24,263 nt of DNA, from assembly GCA_016929395.1 (NCBI GenBank), contig JAFGIX010000064.1, positions 1 to 24,263 of the forward strand, in the 5' to 3' direction. Shown piece after piece: positions 1 through 7,635 of the stretch; within the stretch, counting starts at the first letter, position 1, and every line of letters starts with the position of its first letter. Both the position numbers and the translations under genes were made by a program. This DNA comes from Candidatus Zymogenus saltonus. GTDB taxonomy: Bacteria; Desulfobacterota; Zymogenia; Zymogenales; Zymogenaceae. The notes under the pieces were generated by a model, which saw nothing but the letters and a program-made list of their open reading frames with translations, was not told the origin of the DNA and did no database searches.

Positions 1-172
1 ACCTGTTGAACTCCTCGATCGCCTCGCCGTAAAGCCCCTTCTGCGATTTCCTGATCCCCTCGTTGCTGGCCTTTTCCGCCTCGGTGAGGCAGGCGGTGAG
101 TAAAAAGCCGGTTATAATAGACAGAACAACTATCTTGATGACACCTCCAATCAAGCTCTTTGTACTCTTCAT
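1..172 (-). CDS. N-terminal fragment of a putative lipoprotein. The start codon is at 170-172 on the - strand and the gene runs off the left edge of the window.
   Basis: Reverse complement of 1-172 reads ATG AAG AGT ACA AAG ... with no stop. It encodes MKSTKSLIGGVIKIVVLSIITGFLLTACLTEAEKASNEGIRK...: a signal peptide with a lipobox-like LTAC. A GGAGG lies 6-7 nt upstream (complement of acctcc around 178-184). It is missing from the ORF track because it is partial and shorter than 60 codons. Confidence 0.45.
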   Translation of the reverse strand, partial: MKSTKSLIGGVIKIVVLSIITGFLLTACLTEAEKASNEGIRKSQKGLYGEAIEEFNR

Positions 173-336
173 CTTAAAACCTCCAATCCATTGTCCGATT
201 TTTACCTAAATTATTATAGTTATTAATTATTGTCATGTCAAAAAATATTATTTCACGAAACAACAAAATCCGGCCGCAAAAAATGAAGGGGCGCGATTCC
301 TCTTGCCCCCCCATAAATTTAAACTTACTGTGTCTC

Positions 337-1941
337 CTATCCCCCCCGGACCGTCTCCCCGCCTATGATCGTCATCTTTACCTCGATGTCCCTGATCTCG
401 TTCGGCCTCACATCCATCGGGTTTTTATCGAGGAGGACGAAGTCGGCAAGCTTGCCCTTGGAGATCGTCCCCCTGGCATCCTCCACAAACGAGGCATACG
501 CCGCCATCCTCGTGTAGAGGGAGACCGCCTCGAAGGGCGATAATGACTGATCGGCCGTGAAGCCCTCCCTTACCACCGCGGCCCATATGCCGGTCAGGAC
601 GCTTGGGTCTTCGATGGGGGAATCGGAGCCGCCGCATACAGGGATGCCGTAGTCCAGTATCGACCTTATAGGGTAGACCCTGTTGAGCCTCCCCCCAACC
701 CTCGACTCTATCCAGGAGCCCTCGGAGGCTATGAACGACGGCTGGAACGAACAGATCGCCCCCCCCTCCTTTATCGCCCCATAGTCCTCCGGGTTTATCA
801 TCCCGGCGTGCTCGATCCTGTGGCGGAGCGTTGTCTTGCCCCCCCCGATCTCGACCTCTTTGTGGGCGTCGCGGTATATCTTTGCCAGCTCGCTCACCGC
901 CCTGTCGCCGATGGCGTGGGTCGCCACCTGAACCCCCTCCCGCTGTGCGGCAAAGATCGTCTCTTTGATCTCCTCTATCGACTGGACCAGCATCCCCCTC
1001 TCGCCAGGGGAGTCGTGGTAGTCCTTGGTGAAGTAGGCAGTCCTGGAGCCGAACGTCCCGTCCAGAAAGAGCTTGAGCGCTCCGCCCCTCCACCTCCCGC
1101 CTGTCTTCTTTCCGCCGAAGTTGTCGGCAAGGGCCTTTGTGAACGTAGGGACGTCCGGGGCCGCGATCATCGGGTAGTTGCGGATCGGGAAGTCCCCCTC
1201 GAAGAGTTTGAATATAGGTATCTCGAAGGGCCCCAGGGCGCCGGAGGGCCCCTCCTCCCCGGTCTGCATGATGCCGTTCACGCCGGTGATCCCATAGGAC
1301 AAGATAAGGTCCGTGAACATCTTATGTCCCCTTTTAAACTCCTCTATCTCCGGCGTCGGGACCGCGCTCATTATCAGCTTCATGGCAAGCTCCTTCAAGA
1401 CGCCGGTGGGCCTGCCGCCGGCCTTCTCTATCAAACCGCCCTGAGGGTTCGGGGTGTCTGCCGTTATATTGGCTTCCTTCAAGGCGAGGGAGTTGACAAT
1501 TGCCGAGTGGCCGTCGTACCTCAAAAGGACCAAAGGGTTTTCCGGGGAGACGGAGTCGAGCTCCATAAGCGTTGGGGGCCTCTTCTCCGGGTAGTCGTCC
1601 TCCCTGAAGCGGAGCCCCATGATCCACTTCCCCTTCTCGGCGGCTTCGACCTCGCCCTTTACGGTTTTTAGGAACTCGTCGAGAGACCTTATCTTTGCTA
1701 GGTCGAGGTTCATCTTGAAGTACGCCGAGAGTATGACGTGGAGGTGGCAGTCGATAAATCCGGGAAGGAGCGCACCCCCTCCCAGGTCTACCTCGGCGTA
1801 ACCCTTTCCCAGCATATCCTTCATCTCGTCCATGCCGCCGACCCCGAGGATCTTATCGCCCTCGACCGCCAGCGCCTCGTGGAGGTCCCCCTCGGTCTCC
1901 ATGGTGACCACCGCTCCGTTTGTGTACAGCTGCTTCTTCAT
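337..1941 (-). CDS. Metal-dependent amidohydrolase-family hydrolase (amidohydrolase_3 / YtcJ-like), 534 aa
   Basis: Full-length ORF. HxH metal motif in GFIDCHLHV. Further motifs KLFLDGTFGSRTAY, HAIGDRAV, RIEHAGM and GGSDSPIE match the amidohydrolase TIM-barrel active-site pattern. Substrate cannot be assigned from sequence. Confidence 0.85.
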   Translation of the reverse strand: MKKQLYTNGAVVTMETEGDLHEALAVEGDKILGVGGMDEMKDMLGKGYAEVDLGGGALLPGFIDCHLHVILSAYFKMNLDLAKIRSLDEFLKTVKGEVEAAEKGKWIMGLRFREDDYPEKRPPTLMELDSVSPENPLVLLRYDGHSAIVNSLALKEANITADTPNPQGGLIEKAGGRPTGVLKELAMKLIMSAVPTPEIEEFKRGHKMFTDLILSYGITGVNGIMQTGEEGPSGALGPFEIPIFKLFEGDFPIRNYPMIAAPDVPTFTKALADNFGGKKTGGRWRGGALKLFLDGTFGSRTAYFTKDYHDSPGERGMLVQSIEEIKETIFAAQREGVQVATHAIGDRAVSELAKIYRDAHKEVEIGGGKTTLRHRIEHAGMINPEDYGAIKEGGAICSFQPSFIASEGSWIESRVGGRLNRVYPIRSILDYGIPVCGGSDSPIEDPSVLTGIWAAVVREGFTADQSLSPFEAVSLYTRMAAYASFVEDARGTISKGKLADFVLLDKNPMDVRPNEIRDIEVKMTIIGGETVRGG

Positions 1942-2188
1942 ATCTAGTTTACCTTAATCTTCCTGCAAAAAACCTTAGGTGAATATACCACTAATCATTA
2001 AATATTCCAAGGCCCGGTTTATTTATCGCAGACTTTTTTATATTAGTCTATTTCCTTAAAATATCCAGGATTTTTACTTTTGGTCCCGCTGAACAGCCAA
2101 AATCGGGCTATTTTTTTATCTTGACAGAAGATTTACTTAGTGGTAATTACTATCAGAATTTATCGTTCTTCCTCATTATTCTGGAGCA

Positions 2189-2902
2189 ATGAAGGCAAAT
2201 TCCATGAAATTGTCTATTGTCGTTCCGGTCTATAACGAGGAGAATACCATCGAAGAGATATTGAGGAGGGTCGATTCGGCCATAATCGAAACGGTAGCCG
2301 AAAGGGAGATTATCGTAGTCGATGATTTCTCCACGGACGGAACAAGGATTAAGTTGGAGGGGCTGGCAAGGAGCAGAAAAGACCTGAAGGTTTTATATCA
2401 CGACAAAAACAGGGGGAAGGGGGCCGCGTTGAGGACCGGATTTATGGCTTTAACCGGGGACTTGGTTGTAATTCAGGACGCAGATCTCGAATACGACCCA
2501 AGCGAGTACGGGAAGCTCCTGGGACCCATCGTCGACGGGATTGCGGACGTGGTGTACGGCTCGCGTTTTTTGGGAAGCCCCCAAGGGTCCATTTATTTCT
2601 GGCACTACAGAGCGAACAAGCTCCTTACGCTGCTTTCCAACACGATGAACAACATAAATCTCACGGACATGGAGACCTGCTACAAAGTCTTCAAAAGCGA
2701 GGTGTTGAGGGAGCTTACCTTCAGATCGAACAGGTTCGGCTTTGAGCCGGAGTTCACAGCCAAGATTACAAGAAGGAAACATAGGATATACGAGATTCCC
2801 ATCAGCTACTATGGGCGCACGTACAAGGAGGGTAAGAAAATCGGCTGGAGGGACGGGATTCTGGCTGTATTCTACATCATCTGGTACAGGTTTTTTAATT
2901 GA
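2189..2902 (+). CDS. Family-2 glycosyltransferase, polyprenyl-phosphate sugar synthase type (DPM1/ArnC/GtrB-like, soluble catalytic domain only), 237 aa
   Basis: KLSIVVPVYNEENTIEEIL ... VVDDFSTDGT ... VIQDADLEYDP (DxD) is a typical GT2 N-terminal fold. A downstream ATG at 2204 (MKLSIVV...) is an alternative start with a better-spaced AAGG. Confidence 0.85.
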   Translation: MKANSMKLSIVVPVYNEENTIEEILRRVDSAIIETVAEREIIVVDDFSTDGTRIKLEGLARSRKDLKVLYHDKNRGKGAALRTGFMALTGDLVVIQDADLEYDPSEYGKLLGPIVDGIADVVYGSRFLGSPQGSIYFWHYRANKLLTLLSNTMNNINLTDMETCYKVFKSEVLRELTFRSNRFGFEPEFTAKITRRKHRIYEIPISYYGRTYKEGKKIGWRDGILAVFYIIWYRFFN

Positions 2903-2920
2903 TGATCGAGTGCGAAAGGA

Positions 2921-4474
2921 ATGGGAGTCCCCTGGAGTGAGACGGGGAAAAAATTGATTTCCACCGTAAAGCGGATATATTTATCTGACAGGCTTCCTAT
3001 ATATGTTATCACCGTAGGCGCATTCCTTCGCATTTATCAGTATCTCTACTGCAAGTCCCTTTGGATCGACGAGGCCGCCCTTGCCCTAAATATCATCAAC
3101 AGGCCGTTTTCGGGGCTTATCGAGCATCTCGATTACAATCAGTACGCGCCGCTGGGCTTCCTCTTTGTGGAAAAGGCGATAACCCTCGTCTTCGGAAATT
3201 CCGAATATTCCCTGAGACTCTTTCCCCTTATCTGCGGCCTGATCTCGCTCCCCCTCTTTTATTCCCTCTCCAAAAAGGTCTTGAAGAAAGAGAGTGTTCC
3301 GGTCGCGCTTATTATCTTTATAACGACGTGGTCTCTCCTCTACTATTCGGTAGAGGCAAAACAGTACGCATGTGACGTGATGGCAACAATGCTCTTATAT
3401 CTGGCATTGTTGTATGCCGAAAAAAAAGAGTATGATTTAAAGACCTCGCTTGTTCTGGCCCTCCTCGGGAGTATCATGATCTGGTTTTCCCATCCCCTTA
3501 TATTCGTTATGGCTGGAGCAGGGACGACCCTCATAATATTCTCGATATGGGAAAGAGAGTGGAAAAAGCTCTACGCGGTCATCCCGATCCTTCTGTTTTG
3601 GCTGCTCTCCTTTGCCGCGGACTATTTCTCCTTTTCAACCGTCAAAAACGAGATGGACAAGAAGTGGCTCTTCGGCTACTGGTCGATTCACTTCGCCCCC
3701 TTTCCGATTACCTCCGCTTCGGACCTTATGTGGTACTATGAGCACTTTGTCTCTATATTTAAAAATAAGTTAATGCTCGGCATGTATCCCCTGTCGGGAT
3801 TCTGGATAGTCTTTTTTTTGATCGGCACATTTTCTCTGTTTCACAGAAATAAGAAGCTCATCTTATTTATGATTATGCCGTTTTTCTTTACCCTTGCGGC
3901 ATCGGCCCTTAAGCTCTATCCCTTTTACGAGAGGCTGCTCCTCTTTTTGATTCCCATACCGATCCTGCTGATTTCGGAGGGGATTGTCGAGACGCTGAAA
4001 AGGTGTGCGAAGTCTCGGGTCGCCACCGCCATTATGGCCCTTCTCCTGGTAACGCTTTTGATCTGCTCTTTTGTAAAGAAGGGAAACTACCTTTTTATCC
4101 CCATACAGCGAGAAGAGATAAGGCCCGTTTTGAACTATATGAAGGCGCATTGGGAGCCCGGAGACGTCATATATACCTATCATGGCGCCATCCACCAATT
4201 TCTATATTACGCGCCGCGATACGGATTTGATGACGAGCCTGTTTATTCCGACTCACTTATCCGCAAGAATCCATATATATACTCCTTTGAGCTAAATAGA
4301 ATCAGAGGCGAAAAGAGAGTCTGGGTCATATTCTCCCACATATACAGGGAGGAAACGATTGAGGAGATGAAAAGGAGCTATCTCGATCGTCTCGACAAGG
4401 CCGGAAGGAGGGTAGACTCCTTTAACAGCGTTGCCTCCTCGGTTTTTCTCTACGACCTTAGCGCTGATAAATAG
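2921..4474 (+). CDS. Multi-pass membrane glycosyltransferase of the GT-C superfamily (ArnT/PMT-like, GT39/GT83-type), 517 aa
   Basis: About 11-13 predicted hydrophobic helices, then a soluble C-terminal domain of about 150 aa. An acidic DE motif sits in the first loop (SLWIDEAALALN), as in PMT/ArnT-family enzymes. It is immediately downstream of, and probably co-transcribed with, the GT2 gene (classic ArnC/ArnT-type pairing). Family assignment is from architecture, not a search. Confidence 0.6.
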   Translation: MGVPWSETGKKLISTVKRIYLSDRLPIYVITVGAFLRIYQYLYCKSLWIDEAALALNIINRPFSGLIEHLDYNQYAPLGFLFVEKAITLVFGNSEYSLRLFPLICGLISLPLFYSLSKKVLKKESVPVALIIFITTWSLLYYSVEAKQYACDVMATMLLYLALLYAEKKEYDLKTSLVLALLGSIMIWFSHPLIFVMAGAGTTLIIFSIWEREWKKLYAVIPILLFWLLSFAADYFSFSTVKNEMDKKWLFGYWSIHFAPFPITSASDLMWYYEHFVSIFKNKLMLGMYPLSGFWIVFFLIGTFSLFHRNKKLILFMIMPFFFTLAASALKLYPFYERLLLFLIPIPILLISEGIVETLKRCAKSRVATAIMALLLVTLLICSFVKKGNYLFIPIQREEIRPVLNYMKAHWEPGDVIYTYHGAIHQFLYYAPRYGFDDEPVYSDSLIRKNPYIYSFELNRIRGEKRVWVIFSHIYREETIEEMKRSYLDRLDKAGRRVDSFNSVASSVFLYDLSADK

Positions 4475-4692
4475 ACAAGTAACATCGGGCTTTTCCGGTT
4501 TCATTAAGAAAGTGACCGTTGGTTTCCCCCTTAAGCCGGAAAGAGAAATTGATAGTGATTGCAATCGACGGATCAATTATATAGAATGTTTTAGACTATT
4601 GAGGCCTGCGGCCGGTTTTCTGAATAAGATAGTGTTTAAATTAAATAGGTAGCAAATTATTTTTATCAATCCATTTTGAGGGGATTATTTTT

Positions 4693-5667
4693 ATGACCAA
4701 ACTGAAAATCGACAGGGACCTCCTCATGAGGTTTGAGAGGGGACTGGACCCCAGGAATCCCGAGGATAACGAAGTTCCCACCAAGGTTCTCGGATACGGC
4801 GAGATGTCCACGGTCTTCACCATAACTGGGGAGGGTCAAGGTGACCTCGCCTACAAGAGGATGCCCATCTTCGAGGACATGGAGGAGGCCGAGAAGTACA
4901 GGGCGGTATACAATGAGTACAACGACCTGCTGAACAAGATAGGCATCACGGTCCCCCCCTTCGATTCCGTCGTGATCGAAAACGACGACGGCCAGATCGT
5001 GATGTTCGGCGTCCAGAAGATCCTCGACCCCGCGTCAATCGCCCACAAGATCATCCACTCGATAACAGACGATGAGATCATGTTGTTGGTAAGGCTCATA
5101 TTAAGGGAGATAAAGAAGACCTTCGATTTCAACAAGAAGAACAAGAAGCTCAATATCGTGCTCGACGCCCAGATATCCAACTGGGCGGTAAAGGGATTCG
5201 ATCCCAAAAGGCCGAAGATCACCGAAAAGACCGAGTTCTTCTTCATCGACACCACGACTCCCCTCTTCAGGAAGGACGGCGTGGAGCAGCTCGATCCGGA
5301 GCTGATCTTGAGGGCGGCCCCCTCCTTTCTCCTCTGGATTGTCCGCCTGTTGTTTGTCGAGGACGTGATCTCCCGCTACTACGACTTCCACCTCTCGACG
5401 ATCGACCTGGTCGCAAATTTCTACAAGGAACAGCGCTCCGACCTGATCCCCGCCCTCATCGACCTGGCGAACGATTTCTTTGAGACGGAGGCGAAAGACC
5501 TTAAAATAGAGCCTATCACCATGAAGAAGGTCAACAGCTATTACAGGGAGGACGTGTTGATATGGCGGCTGTGGCTGTTCTTCAGAAAAGTAGACCGCTT
5601 CATCAGGACGAAGATCACGAGAAAGGGCTACCCCTTTATCCTCCCCGGCAAGATAAAGAGATACTAA
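4693..5667 (+). CDS. Hypothetical cytoplasmic protein, 324 aa, with a possible divergent protein-kinase-like motif pattern
   Basis: Clean ORF. GAGGGGA lies 8 nt upstream of the ATG. Motifs in ePK-like order: VLGYGEMSTVF (Gly-rich loop-like), AYKRMP (possible AxK), IVLDAQISNWAV (D-x4-N catalytic-loop-like), FFFIDTTTP (possible metal-binding Asp). The spacing is imperfect, so the kinase call is low-confidence. Confidence 0.7.
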   Translation: MTKLKIDRDLLMRFERGLDPRNPEDNEVPTKVLGYGEMSTVFTITGEGQGDLAYKRMPIFEDMEEAEKYRAVYNEYNDLLNKIGITVPPFDSVVIENDDGQIVMFGVQKILDPASIAHKIIHSITDDEIMLLVRLILREIKKTFDFNKKNKKLNIVLDAQISNWAVKGFDPKRPKITEKTEFFFIDTTTPLFRKDGVEQLDPELILRAAPSFLLWIVRLLFVEDVISRYYDFHLSTIDLVANFYKEQRSDLIPALIDLANDFFETEAKDLKIEPITMKKVNSYYREDVLIWRLWLFFRKVDRFIRTKITRKGYPFILPGKIKRY

Positions 5668-5713
5668 AGGGAAATTTGACCTCAAGGATTTTTTACGTAA
5701 GCGTCTCGACATC

Positions 5714-5738
5714 GGGGACGGGCCTTGTGTCCGTCCCC
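5714..5738 (+). terminator. GC-rich hairpin downstream of the 4693-5667 gene; possible intrinsic terminator
   Basis: ggggacgg (5714-5721) pairs with ccgtcccc (5731-5738), an 8-bp perfect stem with a 9-nt loop, followed by tgttcatgt. There is no clean U-tract, so this is tentative. Confidence 0.35.
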
Positions 5739-5851
5739 TGTTCATGTAATAACCTCCATCTCCCTTTTCAAGGGCCGTCTTCCCTCGCCCAACCGGAGAC
5801 TCCGAGGGTCTAAAAGCGATGCCGATTTAGATGCACTTTTTAGATGAAACT

Positions 5852-5860
5852 TGCTATAAT
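5852..5860 (+). promoter_or_regulatory. Extended -10 promoter element (TGnTATAAT) upstream of the V4R-V4R-GRE cluster
   Basis: ttgcTATAATt: TG at 5852-5853, TATAAT at 5855-5860. No good -35. It would give a leader of about 150 nt to the 6022 start. Confidence 0.3.
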
Positions 5861-6021
5861 TATGCATATATATAGTGATACCGTTAAAGCAGATATGTAA
5901 TTTGTTGTTTGCCCCCACGGAAGCACACCCTCTCCGACCGGAAGTTGAGTCACTCAAAATTACATTTCAAATAAACTGACTTCTTAATAAACTTGCTTTT
6001 CATAACTTGAGGAACTTGACA

Positions 6022-6654
6022 ATGACAGAAGGGAAATCTCTAACTCATTTGTCTTATCGATCGGTCGTGGATGCAATAGAGGACATCTTGGGAAAAAGCG
6101 GTAAAAACTCCGTCCTGAACTTCGCCGGGTTGGGCTGGATGGTGAATAACCCGGTCGATTACGACCCCGAAGCCAGGGTCGCTTTCGATGATGTAACAAG
6201 GCTGTTTTACGGGGTCAGGGAGATCGTGGGGAATAAAGGATACGACATCATAATGTTCAGGGGGGGTGTAACCTCCGTAAAGAACATTGTAAAGCACTCC
6301 TTGCCCCTCCAAACCCTCATTACCATGAAATTAGACCCTATCGAAAAGCTAAAGTTGGGTTACCGGGCGTATATAACCAACGCAGGATACGATCCGGACA
6401 AGACGATGGAGCACTTCGGCGAGACCAGACAGATACTCATCCACAGGCCGGACTGCACGGAGTGTGAGATATACACCAAAGACAGTGAAAAACTAAAGGA
6501 ATTCAAGGAGCCTTCCTGCTCCTTTATTAAGGGCATTCTGTATGAGATCGGAAACATCTTCAAGGAAACAAAGGTGGCGGTGAATGAGGTGAAATGCAGG
6601 CTGCTGGGAGATGACGAGTGCCTCTATAAGATAGATTACGAGATCATCGGATAG
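6022..6654 (+). CDS. Cys-rich small protein with a V4R-like (putative small-hydrophobic-ligand-binding) C-terminal domain, 210 aa; paralog 1
   Basis: GAGGA lies 7 nt upstream of the ATG at 6022. The track start at 6007 is a TTG. C-terminal pattern CxxC...C...KC...GDDxC[LY]Y (DCTECEIY, PSCSF, VKCRLLGDDECLY) matches my recollection of the V4R domain (XylR/DmpR N-terminus, BchJ, COG1719). It is clearly paralogous to the next gene. Confidence 0.75.
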   Translation: MTEGKSLTHLSYRSVVDAIEDILGKSGKNSVLNFAGLGWMVNNPVDYDPEARVAFDDVTRLFYGVREIVGNKGYDIIMFRGGVTSVKNIVKHSLPLQTLITMKLDPIEKLKLGYRAYITNAGYDPDKTMEHFGETRQILIHRPDCTECEIYTKDSEKLKEFKEPSCSFIKGILYEIGNIFKETKVAVNEVKCRLLGDDECLYKIDYEIIG

Positions 6655-6822
6655 ATTTCAGCAGCGTTTAATTGACCTTGCAGGTCATTCTAAAGACGAG
6701 CTTGGGGGATCGATTTTACAAAGGGGTCTGTTTCTAAACATCTTTTTGTGCCTGCCGCAAAATGGCGCTCGCTGTCTTCTTGAACCGATATGGATATTAT
6801 CGGCAGGTCAAAGGAGGACAGG

Positions 6823-7410
6823 ATGGCCCAAGAGGGAATGGTCTCCAACATCACAATGAGATGCTCCATCGACGCCATAACCGAGATTTTGGGGGAGAAC
6901 GGGTGCAAGATAATCTTCAAGGGAGCCGGCATCCTTGACGTATTCGAGAATCCTCCCCCCTATGATTTCAATCCCTGTGTCACCGAGGGCAAGAGGGACA
7001 AAATGATTGCGGAGGTCGCAGATATTCTGGGACTCGAGGGCGCCCTGGGCGTTTGGAGACGCATAGGATTTACCGGAGCCAAATACGCGGTGGAGATAGG
7101 ACACGTCCTTGACGACAAGGAGGGACTCGAACCGGACGAGAAGTTCCTGAAGGCCCTCGAGCTGTGGAGCCTCGCCACCAGCGAGGGGAGAATAGTCATG
7201 CGCGACGACGGAAAGGCGGATTTTGACGTCTTCAACTGCCTTACCTGTATAAATTACAAATCCAAGAGGCCGATCTGCGCAACAACCGCGGGGGCGCTCC
7301 AATACATGTCGGACTGGGCCTACGGCGAGAAAAAGTATATAGTAAGGGAGATCAAGTGCAAGGCGATGGGGGACGATACCTGTTACTATACTTTGACGGA
7401 ACGGGATTAG
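6823..7410 (+). CDS. Cys-rich V4R-like small protein, 195 aa; paralog 2
   Basis: AAGGAGG at 6811-6817 lies 5 nt before the ATG at 6823. The track start at 6790 has no SD. Starting at 6823 makes the N-terminus colinear with paralog 1 (12 residues before Y/MRxxIDAIxEILG). The same five Cys are conserved (NCLTCINY, PICAT, IKCKAMGDDTCYY). Confidence 0.75.
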   Translation: MAQEGMVSNITMRCSIDAITEILGENGCKIIFKGAGILDVFENPPPYDFNPCVTEGKRDKMIAEVADILGLEGALGVWRRIGFTGAKYAVEIGHVLDDKEGLEPDEKFLKALELWSLATSEGRIVMRDDGKADFDVFNCLTCINYKSKRPICATTAGALQYMSDWAYGEKKYIVREIKCKAMGDDTCYYTLTERD

Positions 7411-7519
7411 CCGCACTTGATTAATGTCGTTGCCCCCGATTTTGAGTCTTGAGGAAATGACCCCCTCTAAAATGACACTTTAATATCAGCTGAAGACAGA
7501 AGATCAACAGTTTGCAAGG

Positions 7520-7557
7520 GGCAGGTCTCAAGAGCCGTCGCACCCCTTGAGCCTGCC
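7520..7557. promoter_or_regulatory. Inverted repeat between V4R paralog 2 and the GRE gene (ggcaggtctcaag / cttgagcctgcc, 13-nt loop)
   Basis: Arms at 7520-7532 and 7546-7557. An alternative aagggg/cccctt pairing (7515-7520 / 7543-7548) is possible. No U-tract. It sits 15 nt upstream of a -35 box. It could be an attenuator, a terminator or an operator. Confidence 0.3.
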
Positions 7558-7571
7558 GCTTTCCCCTGTCC

Positions 7572-7600
7572 TTGACTTTTGGCGCAATATCGACTATAAA
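7572..7600 (+). promoter_or_regulatory. Sigma-70-type promoter immediately upstream of the GRE gene (TTGACT-17-TATAAA)
   Basis: TTGACT at 7572-7577, a 17-nt spacer, TATAAA at 7595-7600, about 36 nt before the ATG at 7636. Confidence 0.4.
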
Positions 7601-7635
7601 CTAATTAAAAACCTGTAAACATTTGGGAGTTGACC

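Noticed and set aside
425-1671. ORFs 425-1093 (-), 808-1671 (+) and 1334-1627 (-) overlapping the amidohydrolase gene
   Set aside because: They are alternative-frame or antisense ORFs typical of high-GC coding sequence. Their products are Arg/Gly/Pro-rich. The 337-1941 (-) frame has the conserved amidohydrolase metal-binding motifs.
2120-2150. TTGACA at about 2120 as a promoter for the GT2 gene
   Set aside because: There is a good -35 but no acceptable -10 at 16-18 bp spacing (TAATTA only). The region is a divergent promoter zone, but no specific promoter could be supported.
4488-4543. Long interrupted hairpin after the GT-C gene (tttccggtt-ca-ttaag ... cttaa-g-ccggaaa) and a small GGCC-tgc-GGCC stem with a following T-run at about 4603-4620, as possible terminators
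   Set aside because: The stems are short or interrupted, with large loops and no convincing U-tract. At best they are weak terminators. They are left unannotated.
5984-6563. Short - strand ORFs (5984-6199, 6040-6312, 6360-6563) and + strand 5562-5813 near the V4R region
   Set aside because: They overlap well-supported + strand genes or an intergenic leader. They lack RBS and conserved features and are likely noise.
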